From Clostridia bacterium (GTDB lineage: Bacteria > Bacillota > Clostridia > UMGS1883), in NCBI GenBank assembly GCA_045656645.1, contig JAZORN010000001.1, positions 11,208 through 75,207 on the forward strand: DNA of 64,000 bases, read 5' to 3'. Under the pieces are notes generated by a model. It ran no database searches and was not told the DNA's origin. It saw nothing but the letters and a program-made list of their open reading frames with translations. This document shows positions 53,582-63,218 of this stretch, one piece after another. Both the position numbers and the translations under genes were made by a program. Every line of letters begins with the position of its first letter. Position 1 is the first letter of the stretch.

Positions 53582-53652
53582 ATTCTAACATTAAAACCGT
53601 ATGAAATAAAGAGACAACTTCTCACATACAATGTCAGTTTCTCACTTTGACG
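53582..53652 (-). promoter_or_regulatory. Promoter/operator module, copy 2 (TAGAAT -10 plus two GTGAGAA direct repeats)
   Basis: On the minus strand: AAAGTGAGAAACTGACAT (53631-53648), GTGAGAAGTTGTCTC (53611-53625), and TAGAAT (53582-53587). It is about 45 nt upstream of the SBP ATG (53537) and colinear with 14052-14120. Confidence 0.5.
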
Positions 53653-53675
53653 GGCAAATTGCAAAAAACGCTGCG

Positions 53676-55904
53676 TCAGAGCATTTCTCTGTATTTACCC
53701 GGTGTTGTCCCTACCTGATTGCTAAACACACGTGAAAATGTTCTTATACTTTCATATCCGCACATATTTGCAACCTTTTCAAGCTTTAAATGCTCATTCT
53801 TTAAAATTTCCTTTGCCTTCTCAATTCTGACCTCGGTTATATATCCCGACAGTGCAATGGCTGTTTCCTTTTTAAACAGTGTTGACAGATAATTTGCATT
53901 TCTGTCAAACCTTTGCGCAATCATTGCAACAGACAAATTAGGGTCACCGTAGTTAAGAGCAATAAAGGCTTTAATATTCTCAACTATTTTTTTATCCGTT
54001 TTTTCATCTTTGCCGCTTATAAAGCTGCAGCAATCATCAATGACCTGAGTTAAAAGCTGACGAATTTGAGAGGCAGTGTTGCATTTTTCCACATTCTCAA
54101 AAATATTAATCAGCTTCAAAAACTCTTCGCCGTCAACGCCCATATCATATATGGTTTTAACAACCGTTCCTATAATGTCATAAATCATACAACGAAAGCT
54201 TATCGGCGAGCGTTTTTCACCGTTTGCATCAAGCTCGAACATCTCGTCAATTAAATTTTTTGCCGCCTCACTGTTAAAATTCTTCAAATATCCGCTAAGA
54301 CTTTTTTCCTGCTCGGTAGTGTAGGAATAACCAATCTCAAAATCAAGCCCGTTAATTTCGCTGTAACGCACGATGCCACGGTTTGAAAAAATTCTGTATG
54401 CAAAGCACTCCCTTGCCTCTTTATAACAGAGGGAAAGCTCCTCTATGCCGCTGTGAAACGGCGATAGCATTGCAGAAAATCTGAAATTGAAATTCTCTTC
54501 AATAAGCTCCTGACCTTCGCACATAATATTATAAATTTCATCCTGCCTGTTTTCATCATCAGAGCCGATTATAAATATTATGTTATCAGCCTCGCACATT
54601 TCAACATCGAACTGCGCACCGAGCATCTCACCCAAAACGTTTCCTAAAATAAATCTGGCAAGGCTCTCGTTATCTTTGTTTTCGGTTTCTTCAAAAAATA
54701 GCTCCTCCACATCCTCTACGGTGAAAATTGCAACCATATAATTGCGCTTTTCAAGGCTTTCCTGTATGATTTTACTTGTTTTCTCGTCATTAGCCTCACC
54801 ACGCAACAGTTTTAGAAGTCCAAGCTCTTTAACATTTTTCTCTCTCTTCATAATCGATTCTGTTTTAAACTCCTCACCAAACTTTTCAACAATACTTCCT
54901 ATGTATTCATAGTCATTTGTATATGATGAGTCCTCTCCGAAGTTTTTTGAGATAGCAGAAACAAGCTCCTTTATGGGAGCGTATTGTTTCTTCGTTAAAA
55001 AGAGAAGAAGCAATATACCAAACACAACGCTAAGACCTATCCCGAAGGACAAGAACAGCCTTAGACCTGCCATTCTGTCAGAAAGCCTTGACATATTGAC
55101 AAGATAAACATACTTCCACTGATTCTGACTACTGTCGATTGATGTGACAAAGTATTGCTTGTCATCGGTTTTATATATATTTGTTTTCAGGGCAGTGGCA
55201 ATATCAAAATCTTCCTGTGTAAAACCGACAACGGGCATAAGTCCGCTCACTGTTTTCTCATAAATCAAAAAATGCAAATCATTTTCGCCGTTTTTGTGCG
55301 GAAAAAGCAAATCTTCGTTCAGGTCGATAACCACCACGGCGTCGCTCTGTGTATTTTTTCCGTGAAAAAGCGAATTTACGCAAAAAACATCTTCACCATT
55401 TGCTGACAAGGCAAATTCCTTTCCACCGTCATTTAAGACCATATTTTCGAACGCTTCATAGCTTTCAACCTTTTCCTGCAGATAAATATCGTAATACTCA
55501 CGCATAGTGTTACATCCCAGACTTCTTACCACTAAATCTATTTGCGGAAAAACAACGTACATATTCTCTGTCATATAGTTAAATTCAAATAACGGAAAAT
55601 CATTATACACCTTTGAGGCAATAAGATACTGCTCATTCGTAATGGGCGCACTGAAATTGCTGATTTTCTTCACTGTTTCATCTGAAGAAAGCTTATATAG
55701 CATTTCGTCAATGTTTTGCAAGGCAGAATCAATTACTATCTTGTCCATTTTCGCTTCCGCAATGTAGTGCTTCTTTATTTCATCCTTGTAAAGCTCTGTA
55801 ACGCCCACAAATGTAAATGCACTTACAGTAAGCACCAGTAAAAGCATAAGAGAATTTGAAAACAACAAAGTCAAAAAAGTCTTTTTCTTTTTAATTTGCA
55901 TCAT
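53676..55904 (-). CDS. Membrane-bound one-component AraC-family regulator (TM, extracytoplasmic sensor, TM, cytoplasmic linker, AraC HTH)
   Basis: 742 aa. TM1 FLTLLFSNSLMLLLVLTVSAFTFV. A roughly 260-aa outside domain. TM2 LRLFLSFGIGLSVVFGILLLLFL. C-terminal HTH IAQRFDRNANYLSTLFKKETAIA...MCGYESIRTFSRVFSNQVGTTPGKYR. Confidence 0.8.
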   Translation of the reverse strand: MMQIKKKKTFLTLLFSNSLMLLLVLTVSAFTFVGVTELYKDEIKKHYIAEAKMDKIVIDSALQNIDEMLYKLSSDETVKKISNFSAPITNEQYLIASKVYNDFPLFEFNYMTENMYVVFPQIDLVVRSLGCNTMREYYDIYLQEKVESYEAFENMVLNDGGKEFALSANGEDVFCVNSLFHGKNTQSDAVVVIDLNEDLLFPHKNGENDLHFLIYEKTVSGLMPVVGFTQEDFDIATALKTNIYKTDDKQYFVTSIDSSQNQWKYVYLVNMSRLSDRMAGLRLFLSFGIGLSVVFGILLLLFLTKKQYAPIKELVSAISKNFGEDSSYTNDYEYIGSIVEKFGEEFKTESIMKREKNVKELGLLKLLRGEANDEKTSKIIQESLEKRNYMVAIFTVEDVEELFFEETENKDNESLARFILGNVLGEMLGAQFDVEMCEADNIIFIIGSDDENRQDEIYNIMCEGQELIEENFNFRFSAMLSPFHSGIEELSLCYKEARECFAYRIFSNRGIVRYSEINGLDFEIGYSYTTEQEKSLSGYLKNFNSEAAKNLIDEMFELDANGEKRSPISFRCMIYDIIGTVVKTIYDMGVDGEEFLKLINIFENVEKCNTASQIRQLLTQVIDDCCSFISGKDEKTDKKIVENIKAFIALNYGDPNLSVAMIAQRFDRNANYLSTLFKKETAIALSGYITEVRIEKAKEILKNEHLKLEKVANMCGYESIRTFSRVFSNQVGTTPGKYREML

Positions 55905-55940
55905 TTTCGCCTCTTTTCTGTTTGGAGTATAGGTTTAAAT

Positions 55941-57890
55941 TCAGCCGATATTCCATCTGTCATTGTACTCGTTCCAGACATTCTCAAACCACAAATCAAC
56001 AGTAGGAATGGGACGAATTTCTCTGATTTCGTTTTCTATAGAGGCTTCATTTTTGGTTGTTATAATTATTTTTTCATCATAAAGGGTGTTTGTCTCCTTT
56101 TTGATATCAAAAATATCGTCCCCTGAAAATTTAGTTTTATGCACCATAGACCCGCCGCGCGTTCCGATGCTTTGCGCAGCTGTAAGCATCGCTGAAAGCA
56201 CCGCTGCCTGCGTAAGAAGCATATCACGAAATCTGAATATCTGCAAGGCATTGCAAATATCATCATTTTTATGCTCGTCGAGTATATGCATAAAGCTTTC
56301 CATTACATCTTTATACATTTTTTCCATTTCGGACGGTATTCTTATATGTGCTGCAACACTGCTCATTCTGTCGCAGAATTTTTCACGCATTTCCCCTATT
56401 TCCTTGTTGTAGTTTTCTCCCTTTGGTGCATTAAGAATGAAATCAATGACCTCCCTGCCTAGACTTACAAGGTCATCTATCTTACAGTCAAACACATCCG
56501 TTTTATTAATATTTGACAGTGCTATCGACTCCGCCGCACGCATAGAGCCAACCTGTGTTGAATTAAGCGCCGAGCCACCCGGACGATATACGCCAAAGGT
56601 TCCTGCTGCCTCGCCCGCAACGTAAAGACCCTTTATATTTGTCTCCCAGTTTGAATTTACAGCTATTCCGCCGTTGTTGTGTTGCGCACACACTGCAACC
56701 CTGAGAGGTTCTTTATACAAATCTATGCCGTTATTTCTGTAAAGTGTTATCGCTTTACTATTCATTTTTTCAAGTCTTTTTATGGGAAGGGGCATTATCG
56801 CATCTGAATTTTTAAGATAAGTGAGCGCCTCCTCACAAAGGCAGTCAAGTCCGTTTTCAAGGACTGACGGTTCCCTGCGAAAATCCATATAAACACTGCG
56901 GTTTTTGTTAACTGTTTCATTGTAAATGATAAGGTCAACAACTGATGAGCCATCAATTTTCGCTGAGTCAAAGGGCCACTGATAACCTTTTTTGAACACC
57001 ATATTAACCGCATCTACGGGATTTTCAAAATAATCATTCAAAAATTCGTATTCGTTACCGTTTTCATCAACAGAAATATACCTCGGGATTACCTGCTGAT
57101 ATGTTCCCGAAACATTCCATCTGAAATCTACAGATGCAAGACCGTACTGCCATTCCTGCAGATTTGCACACTCTGCGCCTACTTCAATTGCAAGGGAGCT
57201 CATACCTTTATGACAAACAGGGTAAACACTGTTTTTATAAATTCCTGCAGGGCCACCTGTTGCCATAACAATATTTTCGCAGCAAAATATTACAAGGCCG
57301 TTGTTTTCTTTATATATATCACTTTTTTCAATACCGATTGCACCGGTAATCTTTTCCCCGTCTTTCAGTAGCTTTACGATAACAACACCATCAAATATTT
57401 TTATTTTCTTATTCATTACGCTTTCCTGGAGCGCCTCCGTCATATATTTTGATGTGAGCGGCCCTGCCGACGTAGCCCTCTTATGAATATCGTGGTCTGT
57501 CATATATCCTACATATTCGCCGTATTCATTTGTCGGGAACGGCACGCCTAAATTTGCAAGCTTGATAAAGCTTTTTACCGAACACGCTGCCTCGGTAAGT
57601 GCTGTATCACCGTTTACACTCTTTCCCTCAAAGAGCGATTTACACATATCTGCAACACTGTCGCTTTCAGAAGAAGAAAGAGAAAGCTTATAATACGTCT
57701 GCTTATCACTGCCGGTGTTTCGTGATGTGCCACAGTTTATATCCTCTGTTACAATGGCAATATCCCTTACCTTGAGGTCATAGAGCCAGTCTGCGGCATT
57801 AAAGCCTGCGCATCCACTGCCGATTACAAGGGTATTGAGAGTATATACGGGAATATTTTTTTCGTCAATCTTTATAAAATTCTTTTTCAT
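55941..57890 (-). CDS. FAD-binding flavoprotein (fumarate reductase/succinate dehydrogenase flavoprotein-like, FAD_binding_2 type)
   Basis: ORF track starts at 57899. ATG at 57890 (MKKNFIKID...) has better AAGGA spacing. Dinucleotide fold LNTLVIGSGCAGFNAADWL and late glycine-rich block GLYVAGEAAG. No signal peptide. Confidence 0.6.
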   Translation of the reverse strand: MKKNFIKIDEKNIPVYTLNTLVIGSGCAGFNAADWLYDLKVRDIAIVTEDINCGTSRNTGSDKQTYYKLSLSSSESDSVADMCKSLFEGKSVNGDTALTEAACSVKSFIKLANLGVPFPTNEYGEYVGYMTDHDIHKRATSAGPLTSKYMTEALQESVMNKKIKIFDGVVIVKLLKDGEKITGAIGIEKSDIYKENNGLVIFCCENIVMATGGPAGIYKNSVYPVCHKGMSSLAIEVGAECANLQEWQYGLASVDFRWNVSGTYQQVIPRYISVDENGNEYEFLNDYFENPVDAVNMVFKKGYQWPFDSAKIDGSSVVDLIIYNETVNKNRSVYMDFRREPSVLENGLDCLCEEALTYLKNSDAIMPLPIKRLEKMNSKAITLYRNNGIDLYKEPLRVAVCAQHNNGGIAVNSNWETNIKGLYVAGEAAGTFGVYRPGGSALNSTQVGSMRAAESIALSNINKTDVFDCKIDDLVSLGREVIDFILNAPKGENYNKEIGEMREKFCDRMSSVAAHIRIPSEMEKMYKDVMESFMHILDEHKNDDICNALQIFRFRDMLLTQAAVLSAMLTAAQSIGTRGGSMVHKTKFSGDDIFDIKKETNTLYDEKIIITTKNEASIENEIREIRPIPTVDLWFENVWNEYNDRWNIG

Positions 57891-57905
57891 TTCCTTCATC
57901 CTTTA

Positions 57906-58646
57906 TCAAAGTCTCTGTATATGAAATCCGCCGTCAACATCTATTGACTGACCGATAACATACGGAAGCTGACCGCTGCAAAGCACATATACCGCATCTG
58001 CAATATCCTCGGGTTTTCCCCATCTTTGAAGAGGAAGAAGGCCCCCACTGATAAGGTTATCATATTTTTCCTTAACCTTTTCTGTCATACCTGTCTGAAT
58101 TATACCCGGGCGAATTTCGTTAACCATAATACCCTCGGGTGCAAGACGGTCTGCAAAAAGCTTTGTTATCATAGATGCGCCCGCTTTAGAAATGCAGTAT
58201 TCACCACGGTTAACAGAGCTTGTATACGCAGACATAGAGGAAATATTTACAATATATCCGCAGATTTCATCGCCCTTTCTCTGCGAAATCATCTGCTTTG
58301 ATGCAAGCTGTGTAAGGAAAAGCGTACCCTTTGTATTGATATTCATTACAAAATCGTAGCTCTCCTCCGTCATTTCAAGAAGGTCTGCCCTTACCTTTGG
58401 CGCAACGCCTGCAACATTTACAAGTGCATCTATTTTTCCATAAGCTTTAACTGCTTCACCGACAAATTTTTCTCTGTCTGCGCTTTTAGATAAATCTCCC
58501 TGAACATATGTAAAGTCATCAAGCTTCACAATCGCTTCAGGTGCTACATCCATACCAACAACAGCCCAGCCGTTTTCTAAGAATTTCTTTACGGTTGCAA
58601 AGCCTATTCCGCCATTACAACCGGTAACAAGTGCAATTTTTTTCAT
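57906..58646 (-). CDS. Short-chain dehydrogenase/reductase (SDR)
   Basis: ORF track gives 57906..58673. I trimmed it to ATG at 58646 (MKKIALVTGCNGGIGFA...), which is preceded by GGGAGGA. Catalytic YCISKAG. Confidence 0.8.
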   Translation of the reverse strand: MKKIALVTGCNGGIGFATVKKFLENGWAVVGMDVAPEAIVKLDDFTYVQGDLSKSADREKFVGEAVKAYGKIDALVNVAGVAPKVRADLLEMTEESYDFVMNINTKGTLFLTQLASKQMISQRKGDEICGYIVNISSMSAYTSSVNRGEYCISKAGASMITKLFADRLAPEGIMVNEIRPGIIQTGMTEKVKEKYDNLISGGLLPLQRWGKPEDIADAVYVLCSGQLPYVIGQSIDVDGGFHIQRL

Positions 58647-58660
58647 TTCAAATCCTCCCA

Positions 58661-59950
58661 TTATTTTATACAATTTTCCTTGTAAAGCGGCATATAAGCC
58701 TCTTTATCCTTGATAACACAACCTGCCATACTACCTGCACGCATAAGCTCAGTACATTTGCCGCAGGTTATACAACACTTATTTTTTTCCATTTTGCCGT
58801 TTGCAACAATATCTTTATAAAAATCAGGATATGCAAATGCCTCACGTCCTACGCCTGACATTGTAAACATCCCTGCCTTGATTGCCCCTGCCGCAAGGTT
58901 TGGAAGATATTCCTTCGCATAGGAAATACCCGAACCAATCACGCAGAGATTGGGGAATGCCTTCTGAACCTGCGCAGTGCAATAGAACATTCTGTCAACA
59001 CCAACAAGCGGATGCTCACCACTTATATTTGCAGTACAATCTGCAGGTCTGTTGACAAATGAATTTACATAGGGGTTACCAATAGTGATATTAAGAAGCT
59101 CCACCCCAAGCTCATTATGTAAAATATCAATAAGCCTAAGCGGCTCTGTAAGGTCAATTTCCTTACCATTACCCTCTTTCACACCCCAACCATAGGGATA
59201 CGGAAATCCATCGTATATATTAAGACGGGATGTTACAATAAATTTATCACTTGTAGCCTCTGTTGCATTTTTTATACCGTTTCGAAGCAGTCTTGTTCTG
59301 TTTTCAAACGAGCCGCCAAACGCACCCTCTCTTTCATATGCAGAAAGCATCTCCGATGCTAAATATCTGTGGCAGCACTTAATATCGATGCCGTCAAAAC
59401 CTACTTCCTCCGCCATTTTTGCGGCTATACCGTACTGCTCCTCAAGCTCGAAAAGCTTATCATCTGTGATAATTCTGCTTTTATCAATAGGATTTTCGCC
59501 CTCAAACAGTGGGTTATTGTATCCTATAATCGGCGCAGGCACACCGTTTGGCTTCGAATATCGTCCCGAATGAGTTGCCTGCATAATAAGAACAGGTTCA
59601 AAACCATTTTCCTTTAAAGAAATTTCCTTGATTCTTTCATTTAATCTTTTAAAGGAGTCTTTTGTTTTTTCATTGATAAAAAGCTGTCTGGGATTTGCCC
59701 TGCCCTCTTCCTTGATTGCAACTGCCTCCGCCCATATAAGTGCCGCACCACTTTTTGCAAAACGGTCATAACGGCGGATTGTCAGTTCACCGGCCTCACC
59801 TTCATTTGTTCCGTCGCATCCCTCCATAGGCTGAATTGCAAATCTGTTTTTAAACGAAAGCTTACCTGAGTTAAACTCGCTTTTCAAAATATTAATATCA
59901 TCTGAAAGCGGTAAATTCCCAAGGTTTAGTTCCCTTATCTTATTTTCCAT
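58661..59950 (-). CDS. Old-Yellow-Enzyme-type NADH:flavin oxidoreductase TIM barrel with a C-terminal Cys cluster
   Basis: 429 aa. OYE-like N-terminus SFKNRFAIQPMEG and HRYLASEMLS. C-terminal CCITCGKCTELMRAGSMAGC suggests an Fe-S site. Confidence 0.6.
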   Translation of the reverse strand: MENKIRELNLGNLPLSDDINILKSEFNSGKLSFKNRFAIQPMEGCDGTNEGEAGELTIRRYDRFAKSGAALIWAEAVAIKEEGRANPRQLFINEKTKDSFKRLNERIKEISLKENGFEPVLIMQATHSGRYSKPNGVPAPIIGYNNPLFEGENPIDKSRIITDDKLFELEEQYGIAAKMAEEVGFDGIDIKCCHRYLASEMLSAYEREGAFGGSFENRTRLLRNGIKNATEATSDKFIVTSRLNIYDGFPYPYGWGVKEGNGKEIDLTEPLRLIDILHNELGVELLNITIGNPYVNSFVNRPADCTANISGEHPLVGVDRMFYCTAQVQKAFPNLCVIGSGISYAKEYLPNLAAGAIKAGMFTMSGVGREAFAYPDFYKDIVANGKMEKNKCCITCGKCTELMRAGSMAGCVIKDKEAYMPLYKENCIK

Positions 59951-59992
59951 AATACTGTCCTTCTTTCACTTATATTTTAGTCTGTTTAAATT

Positions 59993-62755
59993 CTAATGTT
60001 TTTTACGTACTGCAGTTTCGTCATTAAGATTGAATGCAAAATTGGTATTTTCAGCGGCTTTTCTTACTTTGGCATTTATAAGGCTGTGAAGCTGATGCAC
60101 ACTTATTGTGTCTTTCGGTTTAAACTTTTCGCCTATCGCGTAAGAAATAAGCTGATTTTTAAACCAAAGTGCGGCAGGGTCACTTTCCTTGAAATCAAAG
60201 CCGCATACGAGAAGCCGTCCCTTTCCGACATTAAACTCAAAAAGCGCTGCCTGACGTATTACATATTTATGCGTGGATGCCACTTCAATTATAGGGTTAA
60301 AAGGAATATCGTCAGTTTCAAAGCATACCGTATTTCCGCCCTCAATCATCTCGGCAAACTGCCAGCTGCAAAATCCCTCGTGGGGCATATCTCCTAATGC
60401 AGGGTGCTCCCTTACAACTGTTGCCAGATTACCTGATGTTCTGCCTGCAAGTCCAATACGGAAGGTTGTTGGAACTGTTTCAAAAGGTTCACCACCAAAA
60501 AGAATAACATCCTTCCCGTCTGCAAGATGCTTTTCAAGCGTATCTGGGTCCATTTGCGATGCTATAACAAGGTTAGCGCCTGAAACTGCATGTGTTTTCG
60601 GGAACAAATAGAGTTCCCATTCATTTTCTGTAAAGAAACCATCCGCTTCAAGTGTCATATACAATTTCATAGCGGTAGCTTTTTCGGTATCAGGCATTAT
60701 AAGTGAGAATGTATGTAATTTTGAAACCTGTCCGTTTTTTACAATGTCAAGTGTTATAGTTTTACACTCTTTAATTTCGCCATCAATGCTAAGACGAAGC
60801 TTAAGCAGTGCATTTTCAAGGTCGCTTTTTCCGTAATGCGATGCAAAAACTGAAAAATCAAGCGTGTCCCCTGAAGCAAAATTCGTCTTTTTGCCAAGGT
60901 CTGTAAGAAGCACCGTGGGTGAATTATACATAAGCACATTCCTAACCGTTTCACCTGGTTTAAGCTCGTAAAATTCATTCATCATACCCACATCATAGCC
61001 AAAGGTATGCCAGTGGGTGTCTATCGGGCCGAGAAAATCATAGCCAGCTATATTATTACTGCGGCGTACTGTTTCAAAGCAGTATTTACGAATACGACGC
61101 TGCCACTCGGAAGAATTTTTGAAATATAACGGAGCATTTTTAAGGATTCCTTTTTCCGCAAGGTGGCGTTCTATAGACGAAAACATATTTGTCTTACCAA
61201 CACGAAGGCCCTTATATCTGTCCTTAATGCTAAGGTCGGTATATGTACCATCTATACATATTTCGTGACTTACACGGGGTTTGTTATATACGCTGCTCCA
61301 TTGGTCAATTTTTTCGGGATCATTATCAAGCGAATTATAGCTGTGAAAGGCATTGGCATAGCTTGAATACATATCGCTGAATTTAGAAAGTTCATCAAAT
61401 CTACGCGGATGATGCCTGAAAGGTTCATCTACATTCTCCACGTCCTTCTCTGATTCTGCAAGGAAATATTCAACTCCACGCAGCGCATTCATAGGTGAAA
61501 ACAGTGCATCGGTTTCAGAGTGCACAATATCGGCATATTTGTTAAGATACTTTATAAACGGGTCATCCAGCAAAAGCTCATTACCGCCGCAATAAATCAC
61601 TACCGAGGTATGTCTGCGGCAGAATTTCACAATTTCCTCCCACTGGGAAACAGTTGTGTTGTTGGGACATTCTACGTGAAGAAGCATACCAAGTTCGTCC
61701 GCCGCCTGCATATACTCCTCGTCAGGGATATATGTATGAAAACGTATAAAGTTAAATCCTAATTTCTTCACCGTCTTAATAACATTGCAGTAAAATGCGT
61801 AGTCGTGATTTGGGTGAATTGTTTCAGGATAATAGCAATGTTCACATATACCACGCAGGAAATATGGCACATTGTTCAGCTTAAAATGCACGCCGTCAGC
61901 CAAAAGTCTTCTGACACCGAAGCTTCTGCTTAAGGTAGCATCTTTACAAGTAATTTTAAGTGTATAAAGCTTTGGATTTTCAGGTGACCAAAGTACAAGA
62001 CCGTCGGAGGTAAAGGAAAATTCACCGGCACAACTTCCACATTTAAGGACTTTTCCCCCATCACAGACCATCCATTCAAAAGAAGTATTTTCTGTCAATT
62101 CAGGCTTGACGGTGACAGTTTTACAATCCTCCGATACAAGGATTGCAGCATCACGCAAAGGACACTTATACACCCTAAGCTCAACATCACCCGTTATACC
62201 GCCTGTATATTTGTTTGCTGAACGGGCAGTAAGTCCCGAAACAAGCTCCCCCTCATACCCCAAAAGCGGGTGGTTTGACACAGAAAGAATAATTGTATTC
62301 TCCCCATCTTTGAGCAAGCCGTCAGGTATAGGCATTTCAAAAGGATTGCTGAAGCCCGCGTGCCTTCCGAGAAATGTATCGTTAATCCATACGGAAACAG
62401 AATTCTGTACACCTTCAAAATGTATAACGGCTGAGCTTTTTATATTTTCACAACTAAAGCTTCGGCGGTAAAAGAAATTACCGATAATGTTAGGAAGTGC
62501 CATATCGGGCACCCTGCCTGTAATAGGATATTGCTGCAGACCATATTGGGGATTAATTTTTAATTTGCCAAAATAGCTTGTAAGCTGAAACTTCTCCGCC
62601 ATATCCTCCCAATAGCCGGGAACGGCATTTTCAATTATACAGTTGTCTTTGTTAATATCAAAAACTTCTTTTGCGGGCGACTCTGCTTTAGTATATTTTT
62701 CTTCACAGTAAATCATTTCCCACGTACCGTTTAATGAAAATGGTGTATATGTCAT
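59993..62755 (-). CDS. GH2-like glycosidase (920 aa), specificity unknown
   Basis: ORF track starts at TTG 62779. I prefer ATG at 62755 (MTYTPFSLNGTWEM...). Sugar-binding jelly roll FFYRRSF...VIHFEGVQNSVSVWINDTFLGRHAGFSNPFE. TIM-barrel region LRGICEHCYYPE...FNFIRFHTYIPDEEYMQAADELGMLLHVE and CGGNE. It ends in TAG, the only other TAG among the stops in the window. Confidence 0.55.
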   Translation of the reverse strand: MTYTPFSLNGTWEMIYCEEKYTKAESPAKEVFDINKDNCIIENAVPGYWEDMAEKFQLTSYFGKLKINPQYGLQQYPITGRVPDMALPNIIGNFFYRRSFSCENIKSSAVIHFEGVQNSVSVWINDTFLGRHAGFSNPFEMPIPDGLLKDGENTIILSVSNHPLLGYEGELVSGLTARSANKYTGGITGDVELRVYKCPLRDAAILVSEDCKTVTVKPELTENTSFEWMVCDGGKVLKCGSCAGEFSFTSDGLVLWSPENPKLYTLKITCKDATLSRSFGVRRLLADGVHFKLNNVPYFLRGICEHCYYPETIHPNHDYAFYCNVIKTVKKLGFNFIRFHTYIPDEEYMQAADELGMLLHVECPNNTTVSQWEEIVKFCRRHTSVVIYCGGNELLLDDPFIKYLNKYADIVHSETDALFSPMNALRGVEYFLAESEKDVENVDEPFRHHPRRFDELSKFSDMYSSYANAFHSYNSLDNDPEKIDQWSSVYNKPRVSHEICIDGTYTDLSIKDRYKGLRVGKTNMFSSIERHLAEKGILKNAPLYFKNSSEWQRRIRKYCFETVRRSNNIAGYDFLGPIDTHWHTFGYDVGMMNEFYELKPGETVRNVLMYNSPTVLLTDLGKKTNFASGDTLDFSVFASHYGKSDLENALLKLRLSIDGEIKECKTITLDIVKNGQVSKLHTFSLIMPDTEKATAMKLYMTLEADGFFTENEWELYLFPKTHAVSGANLVIASQMDPDTLEKHLADGKDVILFGGEPFETVPTTFRIGLAGRTSGNLATVVREHPALGDMPHEGFCSWQFAEMIEGGNTVCFETDDIPFNPIIEVASTHKYVIRQAALFEFNVGKGRLLVCGFDFKESDPAALWFKNQLISYAIGEKFKPKDTISVHQLHSLINAKVRKAAENTNFAFNLNDETAVRKKH

Positions 62756-62913
62756 AAATATTCCCCCCACTTTTTTCAATACATATTTTTTTTATTATCT
62801 CATATTATTGTTTTTTAAACAATCTTGTTTCTTGCCAAGAAATATATAATTCTTGCTTTTTATTTGTTTTGCAAAATTAATCTACTCAGCACTTAATAAA
62901 CGAAAGGAATTGT

Positions 62914-62941
62914 ATTATACTGATAGCATACGGAATTTCAA
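62914..62941 (-). promoter_or_regulatory. Sigma-A-type promoter upstream of the GH2-like/flavoenzyme/regulator gene string
   Basis: On the minus strand: TTGAAA (62936-62941), a 16-nt spacer, then TATAAT (62914-62919). This predicts a 5' UTR of roughly 150 nt before the ATG at 62755. Confidence 0.45.
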
Positions 62942-63099
62942 ATACTCAATTCTTGTTTTGAAGGTATATATGGGCAAAGGATTAATAAGTTGTCAGTATA
63001 AACCAAATATGCACAATACGCAGTTTCATTTTTATACTGACTATGAGATAATCCTCCTTCACAATAAAAATACCATAATACAAAGTTTTCCAATATACA

Positions 63100-63145
63100 G
63101 AAAAAAAGGCGATACTAACCCTATGATTAAGGTTAATATCGCCTT
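63100..63145 (-). terminator. Intrinsic terminator after the partial upstream gene
   Basis: Stem aaggcgatactaacc (63106-63120), loop ctatgattaa, stem ggttaatatcgcctt (63131-63145), with one mismatch. It is followed on the minus strand by TTTTT. Confidence 0.65.
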
Positions 63146-63218
63146 GCAAAATAAAATTATTTAATTGTTCGTTTCTGGGATCGTATGCTACAAATTAAAC
63201 AATAAAAGCCCAACCTTA

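Noticed and set aside
62996-63043. 15-codon minus-strand mini-ORF (MKLRIVHIWFILTTY) lying between the 11-bp inverted repeats gtcagtataaa/tttatactgac, downstream of a GAAGGAGG string
   Set aside because: The Shine-Dalgarno-like string is about 23 nt from the ATG, which is too far. There is no supporting conservation evidence. I recorded it only as a possible leader peptide or structure.
62853-63164. 103-aa plus-strand ORF in the largest intergenic region
   Set aside because: It has no RBS and is AT-rich with a low-complexity translation. It overlaps the predicted minus-strand promoter and runs through the terminator hairpin at 63106-63145.
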